DNA of 56,477 bases, filler included, from Nitrospirota bacterium (GTDB lineage Bacteria > JACPQY01), in NCBI GenBank assembly GCA_016180645.1. It is 2 parts of 2 records of this genome, joined end to end, with 100 filler letters (N's around TTAATTAATTAA, not from the genome) between each part and the next. Parts side by side here need not be neighbours in the genome. Positions count along the whole stretch, not along the records: positions 1 to 29,407 come from JACPAV010000043.1; 1 more part is not named here. The stretch is one strand, 5' to 3'. Of this stretch, positions 18,824-26,969 are shown in pieces. The notes below the pieces were generated by a model. It saw only the letters and a list, made by a program, of their open reading frames with translations. It searched no databases and had not been told where the DNA came from. The position numbers and the translations under genes were made by a program. Position 1 is the first letter of the stretch, and each line of letters begins with the position of its first letter.

Positions 18824-20382
18824 GGTGCTAGAAAACGACGGAGGTTGGCAAGACGGTCCTGGAGACGCCGATAGGCTTGGATCGTTTCTTCTCGCGCCAC
18901 GGATGGATCCTTGGAAAAAACGAGGCTCTTTTCCGTAGAGAGCAGTCGAAGGAGAGGCGAAACGACTTTCCCAGGCGTCTGATCATCGAGCCGTTCGAGC
19001 AGCCGGTCATTCTGTTCCATGATCCGGATGCCTTGCCCGTTGGCCGTGGAGAGGGCCATCACGGTCTCCTGGAGGAGCACTTCGGCCTGGAGGAGGTTCG
19101 ACCGGATGAGCTCCGCGGAGGCCTCGGGAAGGTCCGAAGCCTCCCCTGCGGGGTGAGGCATTCCGGCCGGCTCAGGCCTTGACTTGTCCGTATCGGCGCG
19201 GAGCAGGCGTTTCCACCAACCGAGCATGAGAAGTCTGACCCTGTCCGCTTCGCTGAGCGCCGTTGCCCGATGAGGGAGGGTGCGCAGCCATCCATCCGGC
19301 CCGAACTCGGAACGATAGAGTTTCCAGCCCCGGAGTGCCGCCGGGAGCAAGGCAGGCTCGCCCCCGGCGATGGCGGCTTCCACCACCTGAATGATGCACT
19401 CCACCGGTGGGAGGGACGCCTCAGGCCCCGGTGGATCGAATGACCAGTGTCCATTGCCGTAGGGTCCCGTAATCGAATAGTGGGATTCACCCCGAAAGAT
19501 CGCGATCACACGGGTCCCGAGCGCGGTGGCCAGGTGCGCCGGCGCCGTGTCGCCGGAAACGAGGACGGCCAGCCGCGGTATCAACGAGCTCAACTCACGC
19601 CAGCCGATGCCTGTCGCATCCACCAGGGGAGCCGACGTCAGCGCCCGTATCCGCTCGAAGCATTCGCGCTCCTGGATGGATCCGAGAATGACGATGCGGC
19701 GTCCCGGTTTGGCGGCTGCGGAAACGGCCAGGGAAGCGACGGCCTCTGCGGGAAGGCCCTTCCGTTCCGAGTTGGAGCCCGGTTGAACTCCAATCAGGAC
19801 CTCTCCCGGATCGGCGCTATGCTCGTTGAGGAAATGGTGGCCCCAATCGCCGCCATCGCCCGGGGGCGAGGTGTACGGCTTGCCTCGCGGGGCGAAACCG
19901 CCCAAGCATTGAAGCACATCCGCCACGTGGGGCTGTGGAAAGTGGGATCCTTGGATCTCGGCGTGGAAGTAGCGGCCGATGAAATCGGGGGCATCGAGCG
20001 AACCATCGAGACGGGCAACGTACCCCCGGACTTCCCGTGAGCCCGCGAGGCGGGCCATGGTGCCTCCGATGTCGTTAAACGATGCGTTGAATACGCAGTC
20101 GAATTTCAGAGCGCGGAGGGTCCGTGCGAGGTCGGAAATCCGATGGTGCCCGGACAGAAAATCCTCCCGGTTTCCCGCATGCCACGAGGCGAGGAAATCG
20201 GCATCAAGGAGGAAAATCTCATCCAGGTCCGGATGGCCCGCCAGGGCCTTCTCGAACCGTTTGTTCACGAGAGCCGCGATGAAGGCCTCCGGGTGCCTCT
20301 CGCGCAGTCCGGAAATCAGCGGGGTGGTCTGGAGGAGATCTCCGAGGCGTGTGAGCTGGACGACAAGGAACTTAGGAGCCAT
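18820..20382 (-). CDS. Glycosyltransferase family 9
   Basis: 'QLTRLGDLLQT', 'QPGSN', 'VSGDTAPAHLA'. ATG at 20382 preceded by GGAGGG. Confidence 0.85.
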   Translation of the reverse strand: MAPKFLVVQLTRLGDLLQTTPLISGLRERHPEAFIAALVNKRFEKALAGHPDLDEIFLLDADFLASWHAGNREDFLSGHHRISDLARTLRALKFDCVFNASFNDIGGTMARLAGSREVRGYVARLDGSLDAPDFIGRYFHAEIQGSHFPQPHVADVLQCLGGFAPRGKPYTSPPGDGGDWGHHFLNEHSADPGEVLIGVQPGSNSERKGLPAEAVASLAVSAAAKPGRRIVILGSIQERECFERIRALTSAPLVDATGIGWRELSSLIPRLAVLVSGDTAPAHLATALGTRVIAIFRGESHYSITGPYGNGHWSFDPPGPEASLPPVECIIQVVEAAIAGGEPALLPAALRGWKLYRSEFGPDGWLRTLPHRATALSEADRVRLLMLGWWKRLLRADTDKSRPEPAGMPHPAGEASDLPEASAELIRSNLLQAEVLLQETVMALSTANGQGIRIMEQNDRLLERLDDQTPGKVVSPLLRLLSTEKSLVFSKDPSVAREETIQAYRRLQDRLANLRRFLAP

Positions 20383-21886
20383 CGCCGCCCTCCGCTCCGC
20401 TCCGGGGACGGCGATCGGAAGGGCCATCGGGATTCGCGCCGCGACCCGCTGCCCGTAGAATCCTGGCGTCGAAATCTTGGGAGGAGTGGGCCGACAGGCT
20501 CAGTAGAACTTGATCCAGCGGGGAGGACTGGGCGCCTTTGATCTGAACGCCGATGCGCGAGGTATTCACGAATCGCCTCGGAGGGCCGAATTGGATGCGT
20601 CGCTCGATCGCCCGGAGAAAGCGGTGGAAGTTGCGCAGAATGAAGGTTGATTTTCCGTCCACGGTCTGTGCCTTGGGGTGGAAGACGAGTTGCTCCTGTG
20701 GCACGCTCAGTTTCGCAGGATGGCCGATCGACGGGTATGTGCTGGAGTGCCCGCGCTGGTCGGGATTGGAAAGGTCCAGTCCAACGAACACAATGGGGTC
20801 GCACCCCAGCCGGATGGCCAGATCCACGGCGTAGACGCTGACTGAAGACTGGCCGTCCAGGACACCTTTGCTGAGGAGGAGGGCGTTGGAGTACATTCCA
20901 TGGCTCTCGTTCCCACCGAGCCCGACGAACTTGGGTCCCTCGTGGAGCGTGAGCACCTCCGGGGTGACTTGGGGAATGAAGACGAGAGGAACATGCCGGG
21001 CGCCGCTCCGGTGAAAGGCCGCGCTCACTTCCACCGGGTCGACGGCGATGGCCAGGTGCGGGCGAATTCCGGCCTGGGCCAGCGTGGGCAGCGCGGCGCC
21101 GATGGACAGGATCACGCCGTGCTCGCGGGCTTTCTCCAACTCGGGAAGGGCGTCGTCGAGCGAAGGGCCCGGCGCCACCACGAAGCACGGCTCTCCCGCG
21201 AAGAGATCGAACAGCTTCAATACCCCAGGGGACCGGACCACCGTCTCCAGGTTCGCCTCCAGATTTCTCCGAATCCGCTCGCTGTGCGTGGCCCAAAAGG
21301 CCCGATGCGCCTCGACCTGGTCCACAAACTCCTGAAGATAGAGGGACTCGTCCCCGGCAAAACTCAGCGAAGGCTTGTGGAAGTAGATCCGGTCCGGGTC
21401 GTTCAGGAATATCGGGTGCTGAAAAACTTTCGCAAGAATCTCGGCATCCGATCCCCAGATATACTCCAGCCGCGGATCCGACAAGAGATCGGCGATGGGG
21501 ATCCACTCCAGCGCGTACCAGAACGCGTCCGGATTGACGATGGTGACCGTGATCGTGGCTCCGGAGGGGATCCTCTGGAGCGCCTCGCGGACGTGATAGC
21601 CCAGGCCAAACCCCAGAATCATCGCATCCGAACCCGATCCGAACCGGCCCTGCACGAAACTTCGCGCCTCTCGAACGGGGTCACCGCTGCTGTGGAGAAA
21701 CACTTCGCGTCCATCCGGGAAAACCTTCTTCAGCGTGAAGGCGCCGGTCCGCGCGAAGGCCGGACTCAGTCCGGGCCAGCGCTGTTTCCAGTTCTGCACG
21801 GCGTGACCGTGCAAGTCGCGGTGGAACCGGTGCAAAGCCTGGAGGTTCTCAGAGAGGATATCTTGATGAGCGGCTTGAGCTTCCAT
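20372..21886 (-). CDS. Motility-associated factor (Maf)/MptE-like glycosyltransferase
   Basis: 'LHSSGDPVREA', 'LGFGLGYH', 'VVAPGPSLD', 'GCDPIVFVGLDL'. Confidence 0.82.
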   Translation of the reverse strand: MEAQAAHQDILSENLQALHRFHRDLHGHAVQNWKQRWPGLSPAFARTGAFTLKKVFPDGREVFLHSSGDPVREARSFVQGRFGSGSDAMILGFGLGYHVREALQRIPSGATITVTIVNPDAFWYALEWIPIADLLSDPRLEYIWGSDAEILAKVFQHPIFLNDPDRIYFHKPSLSFAGDESLYLQEFVDQVEAHRAFWATHSERIRRNLEANLETVVRSPGVLKLFDLFAGEPCFVVAPGPSLDDALPELEKAREHGVILSIGAALPTLAQAGIRPHLAIAVDPVEVSAAFHRSGARHVPLVFIPQVTPEVLTLHEGPKFVGLGGNESHGMYSNALLLSKGVLDGQSSVSVYAVDLAIRLGCDPIVFVGLDLSNPDQRGHSSTYPSIGHPAKLSVPQEQLVFHPKAQTVDGKSTFILRNFHRFLRAIERRIQFGPPRRFVNTSRIGVQIKGAQSSPLDQVLLSLSAHSSQDFDARILRAAGRGANPDGPSDRRPRSGAEGGDGS

Positions 21887-22262
21887 GTCCCTTCAGATCT
21901 TCACGGCCTTGGTGGGAGTTGCCTCCCCCTGCGGCGTCGGCCCTCATGGCCCGTGCGCTCGCTCCGCCATCGCCGTCCGCTGGGGAGGCGGACGGCGGGA
22001 CGGAAACTTAAAGAGGTACCCGGTTTCTCCGCCTCACGGCGGAGGGCCGTGGCGATGTCTTCCTAGCGTTTGCCCTTGATATCATCCATGATAATCTGGG
22101 CTGTAGTCGGAAGGTCCTCACGCTTCCCCCCAGGCACCTCTTACTTCCTCGTGGAATCATGCGTCCCATGACCTCATGAAACCCCGGTGCTTTGGGATCG
22201 GTTCCTTGCTGCGCTTCCATGCCTGCGCTTTCGATCCCAAAATATGCACAACATCTGGTATG
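21887..22262 (-). ncRNA. Candidate ~375-nt structured 5' leader/ncRNA upstream of maf
   Basis: 13-bp long-range helix with two G-U pairs (22130-22142 with 22011-22023), GNRA hairpins (CTCCGCC-GTGA-GGCGGAG and GGGAG-GCAA-CTCCC), a 10-bp stem (22191-22200 with 22233-22242) and ANGGA loops. Confidence 0.45.
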
Positions 22263-22292
22263 GTGGCCAATTTAAAATACTATATATAAGTT
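22246..22292. promoter_or_regulatory. Tandem NrdR-box-like sites
   Basis: GCACAACATCTGGTAT (22246) and ATACTATATATAAGTT (22277), 31 bp apart, versus the consensus acaCwAtATaTwGtgt. Confidence 0.45.
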
Positions 22293-22297
22293 GTCAA
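22269..22297 (-). promoter_or_regulatory. sigma70 promoter pointing toward the maf operon
   Basis: TTGACA-N17-TAAATT on the minus strand in an AT-rich patch. Confidence 0.65.
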
Positions 22298-22443
22298 CTG
22301 CTTTCGCGATGTCCCTTATGTCCCCTTTGACCACACCTATATTTTCGGAGATTTCGCAGGAAAGATGAGCTTCCCGCCGCGTCGAAATCGCTTTTGTTTT
22401 CAGAAGCCTGGTCGAATACCCCAATACCTGCAAGTCGGTGGTG

Positions 22444-22743
22444 ATGAGAAAACGGAACGACTGGATTCCTCTGGCCCGCTATACTTTGATCTTCTCTGCC
22501 TTTGCCCTTATGATGGTGATCGTTTTTGGGAACAAGGGATTGATCGAACGGAAAGTCCTGCTCCGGAACAAACAGGCGGTCGTCCGCGAAATTCGAAAAG
22601 CTAAAGTGGAGAATGAGGTTTTGCGCGCCCAGATCGATGCCATCCGCCGCGACCCCTCCGAGGTGGAGCGTCTCGCGCGTGAAAAATTCGGGCTCGGTCG
22701 CGAAGATGAAAAAGTGTTCCAATTGGTGCCCAAGAAGCCATGA
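22444..22743 (+). CDS. ftsB: Septum formation initiator (FtsB/DivIC family)
   Basis: One TM helix, 'FGNKGL', a coiled coil and '[10 protein letters not shown]...EKVFQ'. Confidence 0.85.
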   Translation: MRKRNDWIPLARYTLIFSAFALMMVIVFGNKGLIERKVLLRNKQAVVREIRKAKVENEVLRAQIDAIRRDPSEVERLAREKFGLGREDEKVFQLVPKKP

Positions 22744-25322
22744 GTCGGTACGAACCTGAATCGATCGAACTGAAGTGGCAGGCCAAGTGGGACGAGGCCC
22801 GTCTCTTCGAAGTGGACGAGACACGAGCCACGAGTCCCGAGTCACGTTCCACGAAATACTACCTCCTCGAAATGTTCCCCTATCCCTCCGGCCGGATCCA
22901 CATGGGCCACGTGCGGAATTACACGATCGGTGATGTGGTCGCCCGGTACAAAATGATGCGCGGCCACACGGTGCTCCATCCCATGGGATGGGACGCGTTT
23001 GGCCTCCCCGCCGAAAACGCCGCGATCGAGCGTGGGATCCATCCGGCGCAGTGGACACTCGACAACATCGCGTACATGAAAAGCCAGCTCAAGCGCCTCG
23101 GCTACGCCTACGACTGGCGGCGCGAGATTGCCACGTGCGATCCATCCTACTACAGATGGGAGCAGTGGCTGTTTCTCCGGATGCTGGAGAAGGGACTGGC
23201 CTACCGGAAAAAGTCCATCGTCAATTGGTGCCCCTCGTGCAGCACGGTGCTGGCGAATGAACAGGTCGAAGACGGCCGATGCTGGCGGTGCGACTCGGAA
23301 GTCGCCCACAAGGAGCTGTTTCAGTGGTTCTTCCGGATCACCGCCTATGCGGAGGAACTGCTGCGGGAGACTTACAATCTCAAGGGCTGGCCCGAGCCCG
23401 TCCTCATCATGCAGCGGAATTGGATCGGGAAGAGCGAGGGCGCAGAAGTGGATTTCCCCGTCGTGGGCAGCGATCTCAAAATCCGGATCTTCACCACGCG
23501 ACCGGACACGCTGTATGGAACGACGTTCATGAGCCTGAGCCCCTTTCACCCGTTGGTCGAAGAGCTTTCCGGCGGGTTGCCGAGCGAGCCGAAGGTGCGG
23601 CTCGAAGTGGACGCCATGCGGCGGGCCAAGCTGGCGGGCGGCGAGCGGGGACCCGCCGACCAGGTCGAAAAGAAGGGCGTCTTCACCGGTTCATACTGCA
23701 TCAACCCGCTTACCGGAAAGATGCTCCCGGTCTACGTCGCCAATTTCGTCCTCATGGAGTACGGCACGGGCGCGGTGATGGCCGTGCCTGCGCACGATCA
23801 GCGCGATTTCGAGTTTGCCAGGCAGTACAACCTTCCCATTGAAGTGGTCATCCAACCGGTGGCGGAGAAGCTCGATCCCGCCCGGATGGAGTGTGCGTAC
23901 GAGGAGCCGGGCGTGATGGCGAATTCAGGTCCGTTCGATGGAATGCCGAGTGAGGAGGGGAAAAAGAAAGTCATCGAGCTTTTGGAGAAGAAGGGAGTCG
24001 GCCGCGGGGCCGTCACGTACAAACTGCGCGATTGGGGGATTTCACGCCAGCGCTACTGGGGCGCGCCGATCCCGGTGATCCACTGCGACGCGTGCGGCGT
24101 TGTCCCGGTTCCGGAATCGGATCTCCCCGTCGTGCTCCCTCGCGACGTGGCCTTCACGGGAAAGGGCGATTCACCGCTCGCGCAGCATCCCTACTTCACC
24201 AAAGTGCAATGCCCCAAGTGCAAGTCCGCGGCCCGGCGCGAAACGGACACGATGGATACCTTCGTGGAATCGTCATGGTACTTCGCCCGCTTCGCGTGTC
24301 CCGATTCTGCAAACGGCATGGTGGATCCTCCGCGCGCGAATTTCTGGCTTCCGGTGGACCAGTACATCGGGGGAATCGAACACGCCGTTCTCCATCTGCT
24401 TTACGCCCGGTTCTACACCAAGGTCATGCGCGATTTCGGACTCCTCAAGACCGGCGAGCCGTTCCAGCGCCTCCTGACACAGGGAATGGTCATCAAGGAC
24501 GGCGCCAAGATGAGCAAGTCGAAGGGCAATGTGGTCGATCCGGACGAGATCATCAGGAAGTACGGGGCCGACACGGCACGCCTCTTCATCCTCTTCGCCG
24601 CGCCGCCGGAGTACGACCTCGAATGGAGCGACCAGGGCGTGGAAGGTGCCTCACGATTCCTCAGGCGTGTGTGGGATCTGTTTCAACGGCTCGATACGGC
24701 GGCCATCCTAGATGAACGAGAACGATTCGCGACGATCCTGAGAAACCTCGAACCTTCGAAAATACCGGAGCAGGCAGCCCAGGTTCTTCGGAAATGCCAC
24801 CAGACGATCAAGAAAGTTACGGAGGACATCGAGGACCGATTCCACTTCAACACCGCCGTAGCCGCGATCATGGAGTTTTGCAACACCTTCAATGCTTGGC
24901 ATCGGCCGCAGTTGGTCACCTACGGCCGAGGAATCGAAGAAAAAAGCCAGAGTTTGATAGATCAGCGTGCCATATTCTGGTTCTGTGTGAGGAATCTGGC
25001 GCTCTTGCTGGCGCCGTTCGTGCCGCATGTCGCGGAAGAATTGTGGAGTCAGCTCGGAGAGAAGGATTTTGTGTCACGGCATCCTTGGCCGGCGTGGGAC
25101 CCCAAATGGATTCAGGAGGAGGCGATTACGGTGATCGTCCAAATCGACGGGAAGCTGCGCTCCAAACTGATCGTCCCGCGAGACCTGTCCGAGGCCGAGC
25201 TCCGGGCGAGGGCCATGGGCGATCCCAAAGTGCAGCCGTGGGTCGCGGACCGACAGGTCCGGCAGGTGGTGGTTGTGCCGCAACGTCTGGTCAACATCGT
25301 CACTTCACCGAAGGCGGCATGA
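22740..25322 (+). CDS. leuS: Leucine--tRNA ligase
   Basis: '[14 protein letters not shown]' (HIGH), 'KMSKSKGN' (KMSKS) and editing domain '[16 protein letters not shown]'. Confidence 0.98.
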   Translation: MSRYEPESIELKWQAKWDEARLFEVDETRATSPESRSTKYYLLEMFPYPSGRIHMGHVRNYTIGDVVARYKMMRGHTVLHPMGWDAFGLPAENAAIERGIHPAQWTLDNIAYMKSQLKRLGYAYDWRREIATCDPSYYRWEQWLFLRMLEKGLAYRKKSIVNWCPSCSTVLANEQVEDGRCWRCDSEVAHKELFQWFFRITAYAEELLRETYNLKGWPEPVLIMQRNWIGKSEGAEVDFPVVGSDLKIRIFTTRPDTLYGTTFMSLSPFHPLVEELSGGLPSEPKVRLEVDAMRRAKLAGGERGPADQVEKKGVFTGSYCINPLTGKMLPVYVANFVLMEYGTGAVMAVPAHDQRDFEFARQYNLPIEVVIQPVAEKLDPARMECAYEEPGVMANSGPFDGMPSEEGKKKVIELLEKKGVGRGAVTYKLRDWGISRQRYWGAPIPVIHCDACGVVPVPESDLPVVLPRDVAFTGKGDSPLAQHPYFTKVQCPKCKSAARRETDTMDTFVESSWYFARFACPDSANGMVDPPRANFWLPVDQYIGGIEHAVLHLLYARFYTKVMRDFGLLKTGEPFQRLLTQGMVIKDGAKMSKSKGNVVDPDEIIRKYGADTARLFILFAAPPEYDLEWSDQGVEGASRFLRRVWDLFQRLDTAAILDERERFATILRNLEPSKIPEQAAQVLRKCHQTIKKVTEDIEDRFHFNTAVAAIMEFCNTFNAWHRPQLVTYGRGIEEKSQSLIDQRAIFWFCVRNLALLLAPFVPHVAEELWSQLGEKDFVSRHPWPAWDPKWIQEEAITVIVQIDGKLRSKLIVPRDLSEAELRARAMGDPKVQPWVADRQVRQVVVVPQRLVNIVTSPKAA

Positions 25323-25870
25323 AACCCACGCCCCGCTCCCTGCTCATGGGCCGCTGGCTCGCGCCGTTTCTTTCGCTCCTCCTCGGCCTGATTACGGGAT
25401 CCTTCGCGTGCGGCTATCAGTTCGTCAATCGCGTCAACACGCTCCCCTCCCACATCAAGCGGGTGGCGGTCGGTGAGATCCGGAACGATACGGACGAACC
25501 GCACATCCAGACCGTTTTCTACCAGGCTTTCCAACAGGAGTTTTCGACGGACAGGAGATTGAACCTGACGTCGATCGAGAAGGCCGATGCCGTGCTCAGC
25601 GGAACTTTGAAACGGTTCAGCATTGAACCCCTGGCGTACGATATTGCGGGCTTTCCCTCCAAGTACCGATCGACCATCACGGTGGACCTCGAGCTCTACG
25701 ACAAGGTGAAAGACGAGATATACTGGGATGTGAGGGGATACTCCCGTTCCGATGAGTATGCCGCCAGCCAAACGGCGGGCATTTCGAAGGAAAACGAGGT
25801 GCTAATCCTCAAGAAACTGGCGGTTGATGCGGCGGAGGAAATCCACCGCGCCATCATGGGCAAGATGTAA
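25319..25870 (+). CDS. lptE: LptE-family lipoprotein
   Basis: Lipobox '...SFACGYQF', ATGA overlap with leuS, canonical leuS-lptE synteny. Confidence 0.75.
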   Translation: MKPTPRSLLMGRWLAPFLSLLLGLITGSFACGYQFVNRVNTLPSHIKRVAVGEIRNDTDEPHIQTVFYQAFQQEFSTDRRLNLTSIEKADAVLSGTLKRFSIEPLAYDIAGFPSKYRSTITVDLELYDKVKDEIYWDVRGYSRSDEYAASQTAGISKENEVLILKKLAVDAAEEIHRAIMGKM

Positions 25871-25962
25871 GGCGTCCCACTCGTCACGCGTCCGCCATCA
25901 AGACCAACTACACGCTAAGATTCTACGACCAGGTCCTGCGACTGGGCTACATCCACTATGGA

Positions 25963-26694
25963 TTGTGGGAGGCGGGCGATCCACGCTCCGTGGAGGGCCT
26001 ACGCGCGGCGCAGGAGCGGTATGCGGAATACCTTGTGTCGAAAGTTCCAACCGGAGTGAAGCACATCCTGGATGTCGGATGCGGGACCGGTGGCATGGCG
26101 CTCAAGCTCAAGACGAAGGGGTACGCGGTTACCGGAGTGTCGCCCGACCCTTACCAGCAGGTCGAATTTTCGAAACGATCAGGGTGTCCCTTCTTTCTCT
26201 CCAAGTTTGAAGCGCTCAGGGAGCGGCCGAAAGCGGATCTCATCCTCATGGCCGAGAGCGTACAGTACTTCCCCGTCCAAGCAGGATTCGCCCAGAGCCG
26301 CGAGATCCTGCCGCCGCGGGGATGGATCCTGGCGGCCGACTACTTCTGCAAGTTCAAGGACGGGTCCAGACTCACAAAATCCGGTCATCTCGAAAGCGAG
26401 TACCGTGCCGCCGGAAAGGAGTCAGGATTCGAGATCGAGTTCGAAGAAGACCTCACCGAGCGGGCGGTGCCCACCCTGGAATTGGGATTCGGCTGGGTGA
26501 ATCAATACGCCATGCCGGCCTACGAACTCATGGTTGAGGCGCTTCGAAAACGTTATCCGCGCCTGACCCGGCTGGCCATGGTTTATTTTCGAAAGAAGTT
26601 GGACCAATTGCGCGAGCAGCTCGTCGTCATCGACCCCGACGCCTTCCGCCGAGCCAAAACCTACCGCGTCATTCTCTGGCGCCGCGTAGTGTAG
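25963..26694 (+). CDS. Class I SAM-dependent methyltransferase
   Basis: 'ILDVGCGTGG' motif. Family-like sequence ('..YDQVLRLGYIHYGLW') extends in frame upstream of the first canonical start, so the true start may be near 25897. Confidence 0.85.
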   Translation: MWEAGDPRSVEGLRAAQERYAEYLVSKVPTGVKHILDVGCGTGGMALKLKTKGYAVTGVSPDPYQQVEFSKRSGCPFFLSKFEALRERPKADLILMAESVQYFPVQAGFAQSREILPPRGWILAADYFCKFKDGSRLTKSGHLESEYRAAGKESGFEIEFEEDLTERAVPTLELGFGWVNQYAMPAYELMVEALRKRYPRLTRLAMVYFRKKLDQLREQLVVIDPDAFRRAKTYRVILWRRVV

Positions 26695-26847
26695 GCTTCC
26701 GACTCGCCTGTGGACGGGGCTGGGGACGAGCGTCCCCAAACACGAGACAACTCCACCCCACCGTTGCATTTCTGTCACATGGACAGAGAATCACCCCTAC
26801 GATGACGAAAACGGAGCGCCGGTGCATAGATGCAACTCCGTGCGCCG

Positions 26848-26863
26848 CGGCACGAACCTTGCA
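26848..26863 (+). promoter_or_regulatory. sigma54 (-24/-12) promoter for the cytolysin-like gene
   Basis: CGGCACG-aacc-TTGCA with exact GG-N10-GC spacing. Upstream palindrome TCTGTC-acatg-GACAGA at 26771-26787. Confidence 0.6.
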
Positions 26864-26969
26864 GGAGTAGGCAGGTCAATGCGATGGACCTGGGTGAGTT
26901 CGAGGCGGGGAGAAGATTCGGGGGGCCAAGGTAGAGGTGCGGCATGAAACAGACGCAGGAGGTGAAAAC

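Noticed and set aside
22055..22145. c-di-GMP-I riboswitch (GGGCAAAC), lysine riboswitch (AGAGGTGC) or group I intron core (GACTA)
   Set aside because: Only isolated short motifs match. The partner elements (GAAA/GACGCAAAGC, P7 TAGTC and others) are missing.
24690..25000. Lower-GC divergent patches in the LeuS anticodon-binding region as a mobile insertion
   Set aside because: They are short, in frame, fall in typically variable loops and have no element ends.
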